A stretch of DNA of 64,000 bases. Source: Mesotaenium endlicherianum (Eukaryota). The stretch lies in assembly GCA_009602735.1 (NCBI GenBank), contig WELA01001079.1, forward strand, positions 124,001-188,000, given 5' to 3'. Below, in pieces: positions 1 to 11,700 of the stretch (the stretch's first letter is position 1; each line of letters begins with the position of its first letter). The position numbers and the translations under genes are program-made. The notes under the pieces were generated by a model, which was not told the DNA's origin, ran no database searches, and was given only the letters and a program-made list of their open reading frames with translations.

Positions 1-1352
1 CTTGGTTTAATAAGAAACTACTTTGCCGTGTACTGAAAACTCAGAGGCCATTGTGAACATTTATGGTGTGCTACATGCTGCATTGAAAGTCAAACAAGTA
101 ACCTGTTTATATGAATTGAAAGTACTGCGTCATTGATTACATTGTAGTAAAAGATCAATAATATTAATTTGCCTAAATAAGAACAAATACAGAATATGAG
201 TACAGGGCAAAAGCACATCATTTCACTACTGAGCTACTCTTCTTTTAAATTCAATCATGATGTTAGTTGAAGTTTGGGCAGACGGGGGAGAGGTCACATT
301 TGTAAATTGTACATTACAGGAAGCCGTGTGTGAATAATGATGCAAGTCAATAAATAGCACAGCAAAATCAGCATTTGGTTGCGCAGGCTAATTCAATTAA
401 GCTTGATTGTATAGTTTTTTTATTACAGTGTTATATATATATACATATATATTGCAGAGTAAGGCAACCAACAATATCATGATGCAACTGAATGGTGTAG
501 GACTTGGGTCCAAGTGGGCGAACAAGTTCAGGACTTGCTCTTGGATTTAAAAATGATTAAAAACAGCACTGATAAATGCATTTGCGGTGTCACGCGCGGT
601 ATTGGGCGTCGACGTCAGCACATGCATGCCTTTCGTGACGTTAGAGTATGTGAATCCAACGATCATAAAAATAATGACAGTACTTGGTCGTGAGGGGCAA
701 AGGCATAGGGTGATAGAGTGATCCTGGGTGATACAACCATTCCAAATTCGGGCGTTCATTGTGGCCATTTTTTGACTGTGCAACGATTACTAGCTATTCA
801 ATTTTTAGAAACATGTAGGTGTAATGAATACGATTTAAATTCGCCCGACTTGCAATTCCTGCAAAAATTGTCAAAGAACCAAAAATGTTTTAGCCAGTTA
901 ACACCCCATGGGCACAAGAATATCATCATATAGGACTTTTCGCTTTCACTTTCAGGCTTCAGCGCTCCTTGTACATAGCACAGTAACATGCACTCTTTGT
1001 TCTCAAAGAGATTCCCCTTATTTGAGAAGATCCACATGCACCTGGAGTTGGAGCGCCCTCCTGCAACGTGCGTGCATACACAATGGATTAGGTGAGCTTC
1101 ACTATTAAACTTAAATTTTGAACAGGTTTAATTCAAAAGGAGTCTTTAAAGTGTTTTTCTCACAATCTCTATAACCCTGCCAGAAAATCAGACCAAGTGG
1201 GAGCGCCAAATTCCACAATTGGATGAGAGTGGCTAGAGGTGCGTTCTCTCATATTATTTCTCTCTGTTGTCTCTAATTGCTTATGTGCGGTATACTTAGC
1301 GCAATAACATAGCATACCAGATAAACGGAGAATATTCCAAATTGAGTGCACA

Positions 1353-2970
1353 TTGTTTGGCAGTGAGGGTGACTTCACAGATCGTCACAGAGAACACCAA
1401 CTTTCAGAAGTTTACATCCAAGATGAAGAGAGAGAAAAGAAGAAGGACACGCACATCTTCCAGCTGGACGCGGAGATAATGCAGAATATTATGCTTGAAG
1501 GTGCACGGGAGCTAGATTGCAGAAACCACGAAGAGATATACAAGAAAAGGAGCGTAAGGGATGTAATGAGATTTGCAAGGGGCGGCACACTTTGCTCCTT
1601 GACAACAGCAAAAAGGTTGCCTGCTACTGCGTGAATAGCAAGTGGGAGAAAGCTGTCCAAGGACTGGGCAAGCTCAAGAATGTGACAGATGTTTGGATAT
1701 ACCTCAGGTGCGGCACAAATAATGCCAACTTCCTGGAAAGGCTGGGGAATCGGTACTCTTTTTTCACGTCCTTCACTTTCATAGTGGAGGATTATGCAGT
1801 AATCATGCAGCACTTGGCGGAGTTTGTGAGGAGGAGGAAGAACGTGCGCTACCTCAATATCGTTTACGACGAAGCATGCATTTCTGATACCGAGGGTTGC
1901 GCAAAGTATGCTGGCTCCATGAGGGAGCTGTCATACTTTAAGAGCATGGAGTTCGGATCCGCAGACACATTAGAAGAGCTGGAAGTGGACCTTTCTGGTC
2001 AAAGGTGGGCGTGTGTAGGGCAGGAGCTTTAAATCAGCCCAACCATCATGCATTTACCACGGCTGCGAGCGTTCGCTCTTGCCTTTCCATCAAAATGGGC
2101 GTGGGCTTCTGCGCCTAAGTGGCTGGCAAAGTGCTCTACTCTTGCTACTCTAGATGTAACTCCAAGCAGGGTCGAGGCATCCGGTGTGTTGGCCACTTGG
2201 CAGTCCATGTCAGCAATGAAGGAGCTGATTCTTACATGCAACGAGGTATGCAACTTCCCTATTACTTTTATCTTGTACGCTTTCATAGCATAACTAAGGG
2301 GCAGCCACATGCATTTATTTTGCAAACGTATGAACTATGAGTTGTCTCTCAAAAGTCACAATCCACCGTGGATGTGTGACTTGCAGGATGATGTGGTCGG
2401 GGAAGTTGCTGAAGTTGCTGGCAAGGACAACAAATCACACAACGTTCGAGGTACAATGGCAGCCAGGCCGTCTGGGTTGCGGGGACCCTCGCCTACCACT
2501 GCCCTTAGGTTTGTCAAAAACCCTAAGGACTCTGACTCTCACGAGCCACTCCATTTGTGGAATGAAGAATTGCTTGAACAGCGTGGAGGCGGTTTCACTG
2601 ACAGCACAACGTGTCGGTTTTGAATTCTCTGAATCTACTCCCATTGCAAGCACTGTTTGCTTGAACTTGGGAGGTGCGACTGTGTGGCCAAAATTGCAAC
2701 TTTAGAGCAATGAAGCACTTGCATGTTGACTGGCTGTACAACGCAGACAGTCCAGATGAGTGCCCAACTCTATTCTTGAATGGCCTCTGAGCTCAAACAC
2801 AGGAGACTCTGGTGGTCGCCAACTGTCAACTGCTCAGGTTCATAGAAGGGCTTGCAGACCTTCGTGGCCACCCAGCAGTGACCATCTACTGCACCTGCAG
2901 CCACCACCTAGCCGACAGTTTTCGCCCACTTCATCATGTGCGTCACTGGCCAGGTCCCGACTGATATAGA
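1353..2970 (+). pseudogene. Degenerate F-box/LRR-like gene
   Basis: Collinear ORF pieces 1353-1634, 1517-2032 and 2048-2245 (the last two in frame across one TAA). GT-AG intron 2246-2386, then a frameshifted continuation. F-box-like halves IFQLDAEIMQNIM and VACYCVNSKWEKAV; LRR-like LxxLxL motifs (LEELEV, LRAFAL, LATLDV, MKELIL, LRTLTL). Family call is by motif resemblance only. Confidence 0.4.
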
Positions 2971-3457
2971 GTGAAATTTTACGTGCCTTAATGTGAAGCC
3001 AAGAGCCATGCGTAGGCTACTCAAGTGATTTGGGCAAGTAGGTGCTATAGCGATATTCTCTTGATACATAGAGATAGGAGACAACAATGCAGAATGGGCC
3101 GGGTAAAAACATGTCAGAAGGTTATGACTTAGTATTCTTCTCGCTGAAGAAGACATTGAAGCAGATTCTCCATAAATGTGTAAAAGGTATAGATATTGTA
3201 TGATGTTCTTCTAATTCCTATTGTGTGTTGCTATTACTAGTCCTTGCTTCAATAAGCAATACACTTCTTACAAATAGGTGGAATGAGTACAAGACACACG
3301 ATGTGACTATTATGCAACGTTGAACTTCTCTTGCAAATTCAATAACATCTGGATTTATTCTATCTTATATGAAAACATGTTTCACATATATATTTAATAT
3401 TGTAATATGAGGCCACCAACCATTTCGAGATCCTAGGGAATGGTGTAGGGTTTGGGC

Positions 3458-3816
3458 CCTAGTTATGGGATACGTATTTGGAGAATACGTAAAACGTATA
3501 CGTATTGCGAAAATACGTGTAAAAAATGGAAATACGTGAGGATTACGTTTTCCCAAGATTCTCGGAACAATTGGCAGAGCTTATAACTTTCAAATTGCTT
3601 CGAAACCTCGAGCGCGATCAATCGCAAATGGTAGAGGACTCAATTTGCTATGATATGAAGGTGGTGAAAGTAGAAAATTCATTGTCACATTTTCAAACCG
3701 CCACATATTCATGTTTACCTCGTCGGGACGCGTATTTTGAGTATTTTGAAAATACGTCAAAATACGTGGTGTAATACGTCGCTTACGGACCAATACGCGA
3801 GTATCCCATAACTAGG
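3458..3816. mobile_element. hAT-type MITE, copy 1 (359 bp)
   Basis: Perfect 16-bp TIR CCTAGTTATGGGATAC (3458-3473) / GTATCCCATAACTAGG (3801-3816). Degenerate 8-bp TSD GTTTGGGC/ACTTGGGC. Interior rich in TACGT/CGTA motifs, no credible ORF. Confidence 0.8.
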
Positions 3817-4379
3817 ACTTGGGCCCACATTAGGCGAGCAGGTCCATGAGCTGCTCTTGGGTAAATATGACTTAGGCAGTGTTGTGAGGTGAAGGTTCCA
3901 CAGCAATGACCCTTTTTGCAGTCGTGGTAACAATGATGCACCACCATCATGTGCTCGATGGTCAGCCCAAAAGGAGAGTGCCTTGCAAAGCAGTCTTTCA
4001 AATGAAGTTTACTTACTATACCCTTAGGTTATGGACTTTGTACAGATTATTCTATATGTACTTGTTGAAGGTGACGGACCTGTTTTGAGCAACAAAAAAC
4101 CAGGACAAGGCATATTGTATGGAAGGCAAGGTCATATCAACAATGAAGAAGATAGGAACAAGTGAGCAAGAGTGTCATGTAGGAAACCATTTAACAAGCC
4201 GTATATCCTTTACAACAGTGCCACAATAGTACAACGTAGACCCAAGTTGAATTCAAAGTGCGCTTGTTCAGCAGCGTAGTGGTTATGTACAAATGAAGAG
4301 GATGGGCTAAGAATATCCCTATTGACAAGGCTTTCGTGCACCCATCACTTTTTGCGCTTCCCTAATCTATTGGGTTCAC

Positions 4380-5164
4380 CTACACAGGAAATCGAGTGGT
4401 AGTCCCAATCAATGATGTTCTTGTGCAAAAAGTTGGCTCTAATGTCTTGCACACACATAGCTGAGGGGCATGGACTATGTCATGTGCCATTGGTGCTTGT
4501 CCACCTGGGGGAAGTTGTCGATGCTGCAAGTCTTGAGTATATACGGGGTTCCGGCTGTGCACCTGGAGAACAATTAATATAAACACATGTAGCAAACAGG
4601 AGAAGACTCCGAGCCAAATTGGCAGCCTAGTGAAGAGTCCCGGTAACAACAATAAGTGACAATAACTGGAACATGGTCATTTGGACTATCAACTAGAGGA
4701 AAATGGAGAACAACCCACCCCAACCTACAACAACCCACCGTTGTGTTTACAAGATATCTTAACTGAGACAAAAAACTCGTGCTCTAAGACTGCGTCAAGA
4801 ATACTGTCAGCTTGTGCCGGTAGTGCCCGCATACCATCAGCCATGGTGCTTTGAATCTTGACATCCTTGACCAACCTGTGAAATAATGTATTGTAGTCCT
4901 CCTTTGCTTCTTCCACCGGAAGTGCGTTTTAATAATTCTCTTAACAGGTGGTGAAGTGATTATTTCATCAGCTTTCATATGCTCCTTGTAAGCCACAACA
5001 AGGAGTTGCATGCGGATAGTACGAGCCCGAAGGTTGTTCACAGTTTTGTCCATGACTTCTAGCATACTCTTGTAGTCTTCATTACGATCTCTGATGCATG
5101 ATTTGATCCACAAATGGAGACCTATTACCTCTAAGGTTCGCATAAATTCTTCACCATATCCCAT
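4380..5164 (-). pseudogene. Unidentified frameshifted coding remnant
   Basis: ORFs 4784-5164 and 4725-4916 join by one frameshift into a helical-looking peptide (MGYGEEFMRTLEV...KTHF/VEEAKEDYNTLF...). A pyrimidine-rich putative intron and a further possible exon near 4380-4563 follow. No family recognised. Confidence 0.3.
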
Positions 5165-5399
5165 GACACAGATAGACGTACGGCAAAAGGATACACAGGC
5201 GAGTCTATGTTTTCATAAAACTAAGTTCATAGGCTTCAGTGAATGCAAGTTACTAACATTGCCGAAATGATTGGAGGCGCAGACAAGAAGTTATATGTTG
5301 CAGTTGCAAAAAAATGCGAAGGGTGAGGGCCAATTGAGGTCAGGTAAGGAAGAGGTTAATCCTATTCTACATCTTATTTGGACGGTAACTTTTGAGGTT

Positions 5400-5637
5400 C
5401 TACAAAGTGCCTATATGGTCGACGTGTGCACTGGCGCAAGGAGTTCATACGTGCGCAGGACTTACGTAGATGTCCAAATTTACGAAAAACGTCTTCAATA
5501 ATTAAGTCGACACTATTTTAAAAAATTGATAAATGTGATGTTGGTTTGAACGCGTACTCAGCCGGACACACGTACGGAGTATACTAATTTGTACAATACG
5601 GCAAAAAGAGGTTTTACGTACGTATTTCATAACTAGG
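5400..5637. mobile_element. Orphan terminus of the CCTAGTTAT hAT/MITE family
   Basis: CGTATTTCATAACTAGG at 5621-5637 matches the MITE TIR and is preceded by TACGT-rich subterminal sequence like 55960-56054. No partner TIR or TSD found; inner boundary approximate. Confidence 0.6.
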
Positions 5638-6740
5638 GGTACAATGGTAGCTTCAGCAAAAAGTTGGTTTCGGAGACTGGCCCTCTCTGCCATCACATCT
5701 TCCACCGTTTTGTTATCAGCCAGACGCCGCTTTTCACCGTCTGCCTCCTCCTTTGCCTTTTGTTAACCGTTTCGCCTCTCTTCTCTTGAGATGTTCTTCA
5801 GCTTGCTGGGCTGCTACTGCAGCGAGGGCCGCCGCCATTTTCTCAGCCTCTCTGGCCTCACTAGTTCCAAGTACCTCAGCAAAAGTGCAAGATTCTACAT
5901 CTTCGTTTTCACCTTGAATCTCTCTAATTTCATTATCGCGATTTCCTAAATCTCGAGAATTACTAATCTGAGACCGCGCCTTTTCCATACAACGAAAATT
6001 GTGATAAGAGCTCTGATACCACTGAAATGAATTGACTTACCAATAGGCGATCAACAATTAATAGAAGATCTTTATATGAAGAAGTAATCTTTATGGTGAT
6101 TTTTGGTTGCTTGATATAGAACAAAAGACTCCACAACTAAAAGTATTATACTCACATGTTAAATGCAAGTAAATGAGCATCAATCATGCAATCAGTAAAG
6201 TCATACATAAGCAAGGTTAGAAGGCAATGCGTATCAATGGCTTCTCGCCTTGGATTCAAATCCCTCCCAGTAAGCTGTACAAGAAATTTGGCCTCGTATC
6301 CGAATGCCAAACTCGAAAGCATGACCTAACCTATGTACATGGACTGAGTTTACTGTTCAATGGCAAGTGCGATGGCACCGCCTATTTGGGAGTTAACTAC
6401 GTGGGTAGGAATTCGACTAACCAAATCCACAGCCATCTTCCGTCATCTCGAATTGCCATCCATCCTAAAGATGTCATTTGGCTACTCATCGAGTACATCA
6501 CACTTAGATGCATGACTAGGCAGTTTGCTGATACCGAGTGCGGAAGTCAGCTGATTGTTAAAGATAGTGTCAGCAAGTTGACCTAAGTTGACTTCAGGCC
6601 GCTGCCCTTGGCTGGGTCATTATACTGAACATTACTAAAAGTCCAGCAGACTTAATATTGACTAAAGTTCAGCTGACTGAACTAAATTAACTATTATATT
6701 AAAATGAATATTATATTTACTAATATACTGATTCATTACA
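5638..6740 (-). mobile_element. Truncated Ty3/Gypsy family A: 5' LTR, PBS and start of gag
   Basis: LTR 6023-6740 (TGTAATGAATC...TTTCA on minus strand) is homologous to 30241-30942 and 33560-34278. tRNA-iMet PBS TGGTATCAGAG at 6011-6021. Gag start MEKARSQISNSRD (5988) aligns with MVRTRSQISNSRD near 34312. Cut off at the MITE end at 5637. Confidence 0.85.
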
Positions 6741-7845
6741 GATAGCTTCAAGCACTTGGGGCAGTTGTTGCAAACCACCACATGCCTCACGCTCGTTATT
6801 GTGAGCATGGGGCAAGGCTAAATGACAAATTAGAGTTGTTGAAGCCAGGACCCACGAGGTTGGCTAGCAACCTCCTCTGCTTGAAAAGACATCGTTGTGA
6901 GGGATATCTTACAAGCTATGGTGTGTGACAGGACGTGGCTTGGATGGACGGTAAAGAAAAATGGTGTGGGTGAGGCTACAAAGGTTGGAGACCTAGTTCG
7001 CGACGATCAAATTTGGGAGCGGGTGAAGGTATGGGTAGCCATGCCGATCATAGTTTTCCTTTGGCTAGTTGACTCTCCACAGCCTTCACTTGGGAAGATG
7101 TGGGATTGCACGTGGGCAGTTAAAAAGCATATGAACGAGGTAGCAGGTCTCAGACCAACACAAAGAGTCCAAGTTAAGGAAGACGTGGGAGGCTCACTAA
7201 GTGGGTGCAGCTTCACAGCCCCCTACATTCTGCAGGTAAAAGTCTATTTTGCTCATCTTTCTTCCTTGGCAAATTATGTTCTCTTGCATGCTTGTTATTG
7301 TGTGCTGGTTATTGGTATTGTTATCGTGCTTGTTTTTGTTATTGCTCTCTTTTTTCCCAAGTGCTGCTTTGTTTATTCCTTGTTATTGTCCTTTTTCTTG
7401 CCTCTTATGTCTTCCTGATTGCGTGCTGCTGGTGCTCCTTTTTGTGTCTTTTTTACTCCCTCACAAAACCTGTGTTGTCATTTTATACATACTAAGTTTG
7501 GTTCTTGACTTTGTTTGGCTACAACCTACTATCTGGACCCCGAGTTCCAAGACCATGACTCTTGGACAGCTGACAAGTGTCTACTCGCCAATTGGGCCAA
7601 CGTGCGGAATACCCTTGTGGAGGAGGTGCGGCGGACCCAATGTTGGTGCATCAAGAGTTGGCACTGTACCGGCGAAGTGGTGACATTTTTGGCGATGATG
7701 TTTGTAAGGCTAATAAGACCATGACGCCTCCCCACGTGTGGTGGGAAACATACGGAGGTCATTTCCCTAATTTTTAGCTTCTTGCTGTGAGAATATTGTC
7801 GCAACCTGGTTCAGCAGCCGCATATGAGAGAAATTGGTTCAAGAA
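6741..7845 (+). pseudogene. hAT transposase C-terminal remnant with one intron
   Basis: Motifs NHHMPH, LELLKPGPTRLASN, LVDSPQPSLG, YYLDPEF and the hAT dimerisation signature PPHVWWETYGGHFPNF*LLAVRILSQPGSAAAYERNW. T-rich intron from GTAAAA at about 7236 to about 7520. Frameshifts and stops present. Confidence 0.8.
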
Positions 7846-8795
7846 TTCTGCCTCCTTCCATTTTCAAACCAACCAATGCCTTCAATTTGGTATCATGTAA
7901 CTGGATCAGGGGTATTTATTTTTGGGATATGGTTGCTCCTACAGGCGTTGCTACATTGCATGTGTACTTGGCCACTGACAATAAGCGAATGACGCCCCCG
8001 TTACAATCATAAAGCAATCAAGTTTCTTGTTGCGAATTCTGGTTAAGTGTCACAATCTACTCGTGTGCAGGGGCGGGGTAGTGGCTCGTGTAGAGGTCAA
8101 ATAAATTGACGTATTTGGCACAAAGTGTACATGTTCTATGAGGAGAGATTGAGTCATGAAACACGTGTAAGTCACAATAATCTTTAACTAACATCCACTA
8201 CCACCATTTCCATCGACTTGTGAAGCACATTCCTCACTAAGCTTCACGTGAATGTTGTGTAGGTATACTTGCATGGTTGACAAAGTTATGCTGCCAGATA
8301 GCTCAAGCACGACATTTACTATCAGCCATAAAAGCTTGCGCGCCTTTGAACGCCAACTCTACGGTGTACATCACTCAATTGCCTTCAAATGCAAGCAGCC
8401 TGCAAAATACACATGCACTTAAAGCATAATCGACAAGAGTCATATCCATGAACAATTTCTTAACACCATGCCTGCCCTACAATGGTACAGCTGAAGAAAA
8501 AATTTCCCTCCTCCATCAAGGCACTTCCACTCATTGCACGCATCCCCAACTTCTTCTCAAGGAGTTGCCCGCACTTCCATATACATGACTCTCAGATCCA
8601 CATTTGCCTAACCAACCAAGGACGGGAGGAGGAGCAGACCTTACAAGAATTCCTCCGCATATTGCTAGAGTAGCCAAATGGTGATAATCTTTTACAAAAG
8701 AAACGCTTTATGATTGTACATGGTTGCCAAGCAGGTGAAGTTCAACGTTAGACAGGATGGCTTGCATTAGACAATCTGAGGTTGAAATGATGAAC

Positions 8796-11700
8796 TCAAC
8801 TCCAGAGCTTGACACACTTGTCATGACTGGCAGAAGCAACTAAACCCGTGGCAGGTGACTGAGCAAGAGCAGCAATAAGGCCGTCATGCGCCTGCACAGT
8901 CATGCTCTTGTTTTCCACCATATTCCAAAGCTCCAGCGACTGCAAGAGGACAAGCGCCACAGACATGTGAATTAAGCCAAACACAACCCAAATAGACACC
9001 TTTGAGAATAGACCCAAGACATGATTGTACTGTCACATGACAGCACACCCATGCGCTTGACCACAACGCTAAATCTACCGAGAAGATTTGTTCGAGAGCA
9101 GAGCAAAAGCTAGTATAACATTGAGTACAAGTCACATATTCTATCATCCATTTCAGCAAGCCCCAAGAAGCACCATGGGAGCCTGAGGTAACTGGAGGAA
9201 TAGGCTTCTATTATCACACCCTCTGGATAATGTTTCAGAACCTAACCCGAATTAGTGACAGCCGCTGCATCCACTTTGCACAAGAAATCTGAGGGCGGAT
9301 GTTTATGGTGAGAGCAGATTGTTGCAGGCACAAACAGGCAGGCATCACATATATAAACATGGTGACAGATACATACTAATAACGCATAAAGTAATGAGTC
9401 AGGTGCTTGAAGGTACAGAAGTCTGATTCTGACCTGATAGCAGCCAATAACAAGCAAAGACGGATATTTCGGGTGAAAAATGCATGAGTGGAACTTATTG
9501 CCGCTGCTGTTCAGCTCATGCACGCACTCCCCATCGCTGCCAGGCCCAAGAGACCAGACCCGCACAGAGTCCTCCGACACAGAGGCCACGTAGTCTCCAG
9601 TGGCGTCCCAACACACAGAATGCACTGGCTTTGTATGCCTCTGGATGCAGATCAATTGCACATCAGCAGAATTAACAGACATACAGGGCAGCAAGGCAGC
9701 AATAAGGAGATACGACTAATGAATAGTTTCGTTAGTCACAAGACCCCTCTTAGATTCATGCAGATCAAAACAAACGTGTACCATATCATCAGAAAGCCTG
9801 CATGTTTCATGGCTGCTTTAAGTGCGTCGAAGCTGCCTCCATGCAAATGAAGCAGCTCTTCTAAGATGACAGCTAAGGTGCAAGCACATAAAACCAATTG
9901 CTGGCATTGCAAGATGAAACAAAAATAAGCACGCTTGAGGCCTTACCACAGCACAGTGCTACTCTAAACCCGAGCGTACACAGGCTTCCCACATACGCTT
10001 CCCAGTCTAAAACTTGATGGCTTTCTGCACATCAAAAGCCAGCATACAAGGGGAAAAGCATGCAATACCTGCAAATAGTGCACGGGTGTCTCAGAGTCAA
10101 CGTCAATGATGGAGACCACGTTCTCTGCAGCAGCCGCCAGCAGTCGCCCAGTGCGCGGTTGAAATCGGATCTGGGTTGTTGCCCCCTGCATGGACTCCCA
10201 CACACCCCAAGCATCCAGATGAGTGCACATCAGAACCATCATGCAGCAATCTGCAAATGCAGTATGAGAGACAGATAACACACTAACATTCCACTCTGGT
10301 AATTGCATGTGGCAGTAGCAATGACGTAATCAGGAAAACAGCCATACTCCATGCACTCCAAATAACGGTTTCTGCTTCAGGTCACTGAACAACAAATCCA
10401 CTAAAGTTGCAACTTATTCACACCTTTACTTGTGCGTGGCTATCATTTTCACGTCGTAGCAATTTTCGAGTCATCATACACAACAGTGAGCACCTTGAAG
10501 ACACGTGTGCACAGGCCTTGATTTACGCTCCAGTAGCGAATCTCACTGTCACCATCACACGACGCGAGAAAGTCCTCGTTGGTTGGGTGGAAGTCCAGGG
10601 ACATGACAGAAGTCTGGTGCCCAGCAAACGTTCGCAACAATCCTTGACCTTGTTGCTGCAAAGCCAGACATTGAAACACGACACGTATCAGAAGAGGCAT
10701 TTTTTCTACGACAAAAATGGCCACATCAACGATCACCATGCCATGAGATTTGCAGGCTGGCAAGCATGACCAGACAGGAAATCCTGCGTTTTAATGCTCC
10801 AATAAGTTCACTTCAACACAGTTCAGCAAGTGGCACTCAAATTCAACGTAGGAGCCGCTCGAAGCGACACATATTGCTCCACAGGCTGGAAAAGAAAAAA
10901 GCAATCCAAATAAGCTGCCTTCATCAGACTCCACTCCAGCAAGCACCACAACCAGAAGGTCAACTAAATGGTGGAGCAACGAGGCCTACTTGGGCAGCTG
11001 CATCAGCATCCCAGACACGCACGGTCTTATCAAATGATGAGGTGGCCAGGCGGGTCGAAGTGGGACTGAAGCGCACGTCCGTGATGAGGAGCGAGTGCTC
11101 CTCCAGCGGGCTGCCGCGGATCTTCATGGTATCCATATTCCAAAGCACCACCTAACAAGAGTGTCATGCAAATCACAAGCAACCCCCTCAGTCACATGCA
11201 CACAAGACACGTGCCTGTCAGCTGCCCAGATATGAAATAAGCATTGAATTTTTGAGCAAACATTAAGGTGGTGGCATTCAACTTCCTTACTTCAAAAAAC
11301 AAACGTGCCGATACCACACCCATTTGTCAGAGAACAAAACAGTGATGATAATTTTCAATAGTTGTTACTAAGCCCTCCAGTAAACTTAGACCTTGCCTTC
11401 TTTTAACCAATCCAGACAATCTTTTGCACATAAGAGCATCATACGAGTGTATATGCCACTCCAACATCTTCCAGCCCAAGGAAAAGCAAGGAACTGCAGC
11501 ACAGGAAAAATGTGAACCTAAACACCATACCCTCTTATCGTGGCCAGCCGTGGCTAAAATCTTTCCATCAGGCGAGAAGTGGCAACAAACAACCTTATTT
11601 ATGCTGGCAAGCAACGTAGTCATTTCTGTAAATGAAAAACCTGCAGTAGACAAATTTGCCAGAGAATTGTCAGATTCTATTGAAGGCAGCACTGAAGCGC

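Noticed and set aside
7205..7683. Hydrophobic ORFs resembling transmembrane or env proteins (also 48617-49051)
   Set aside because: They are read-throughs of T/TGC-rich hAT introns.
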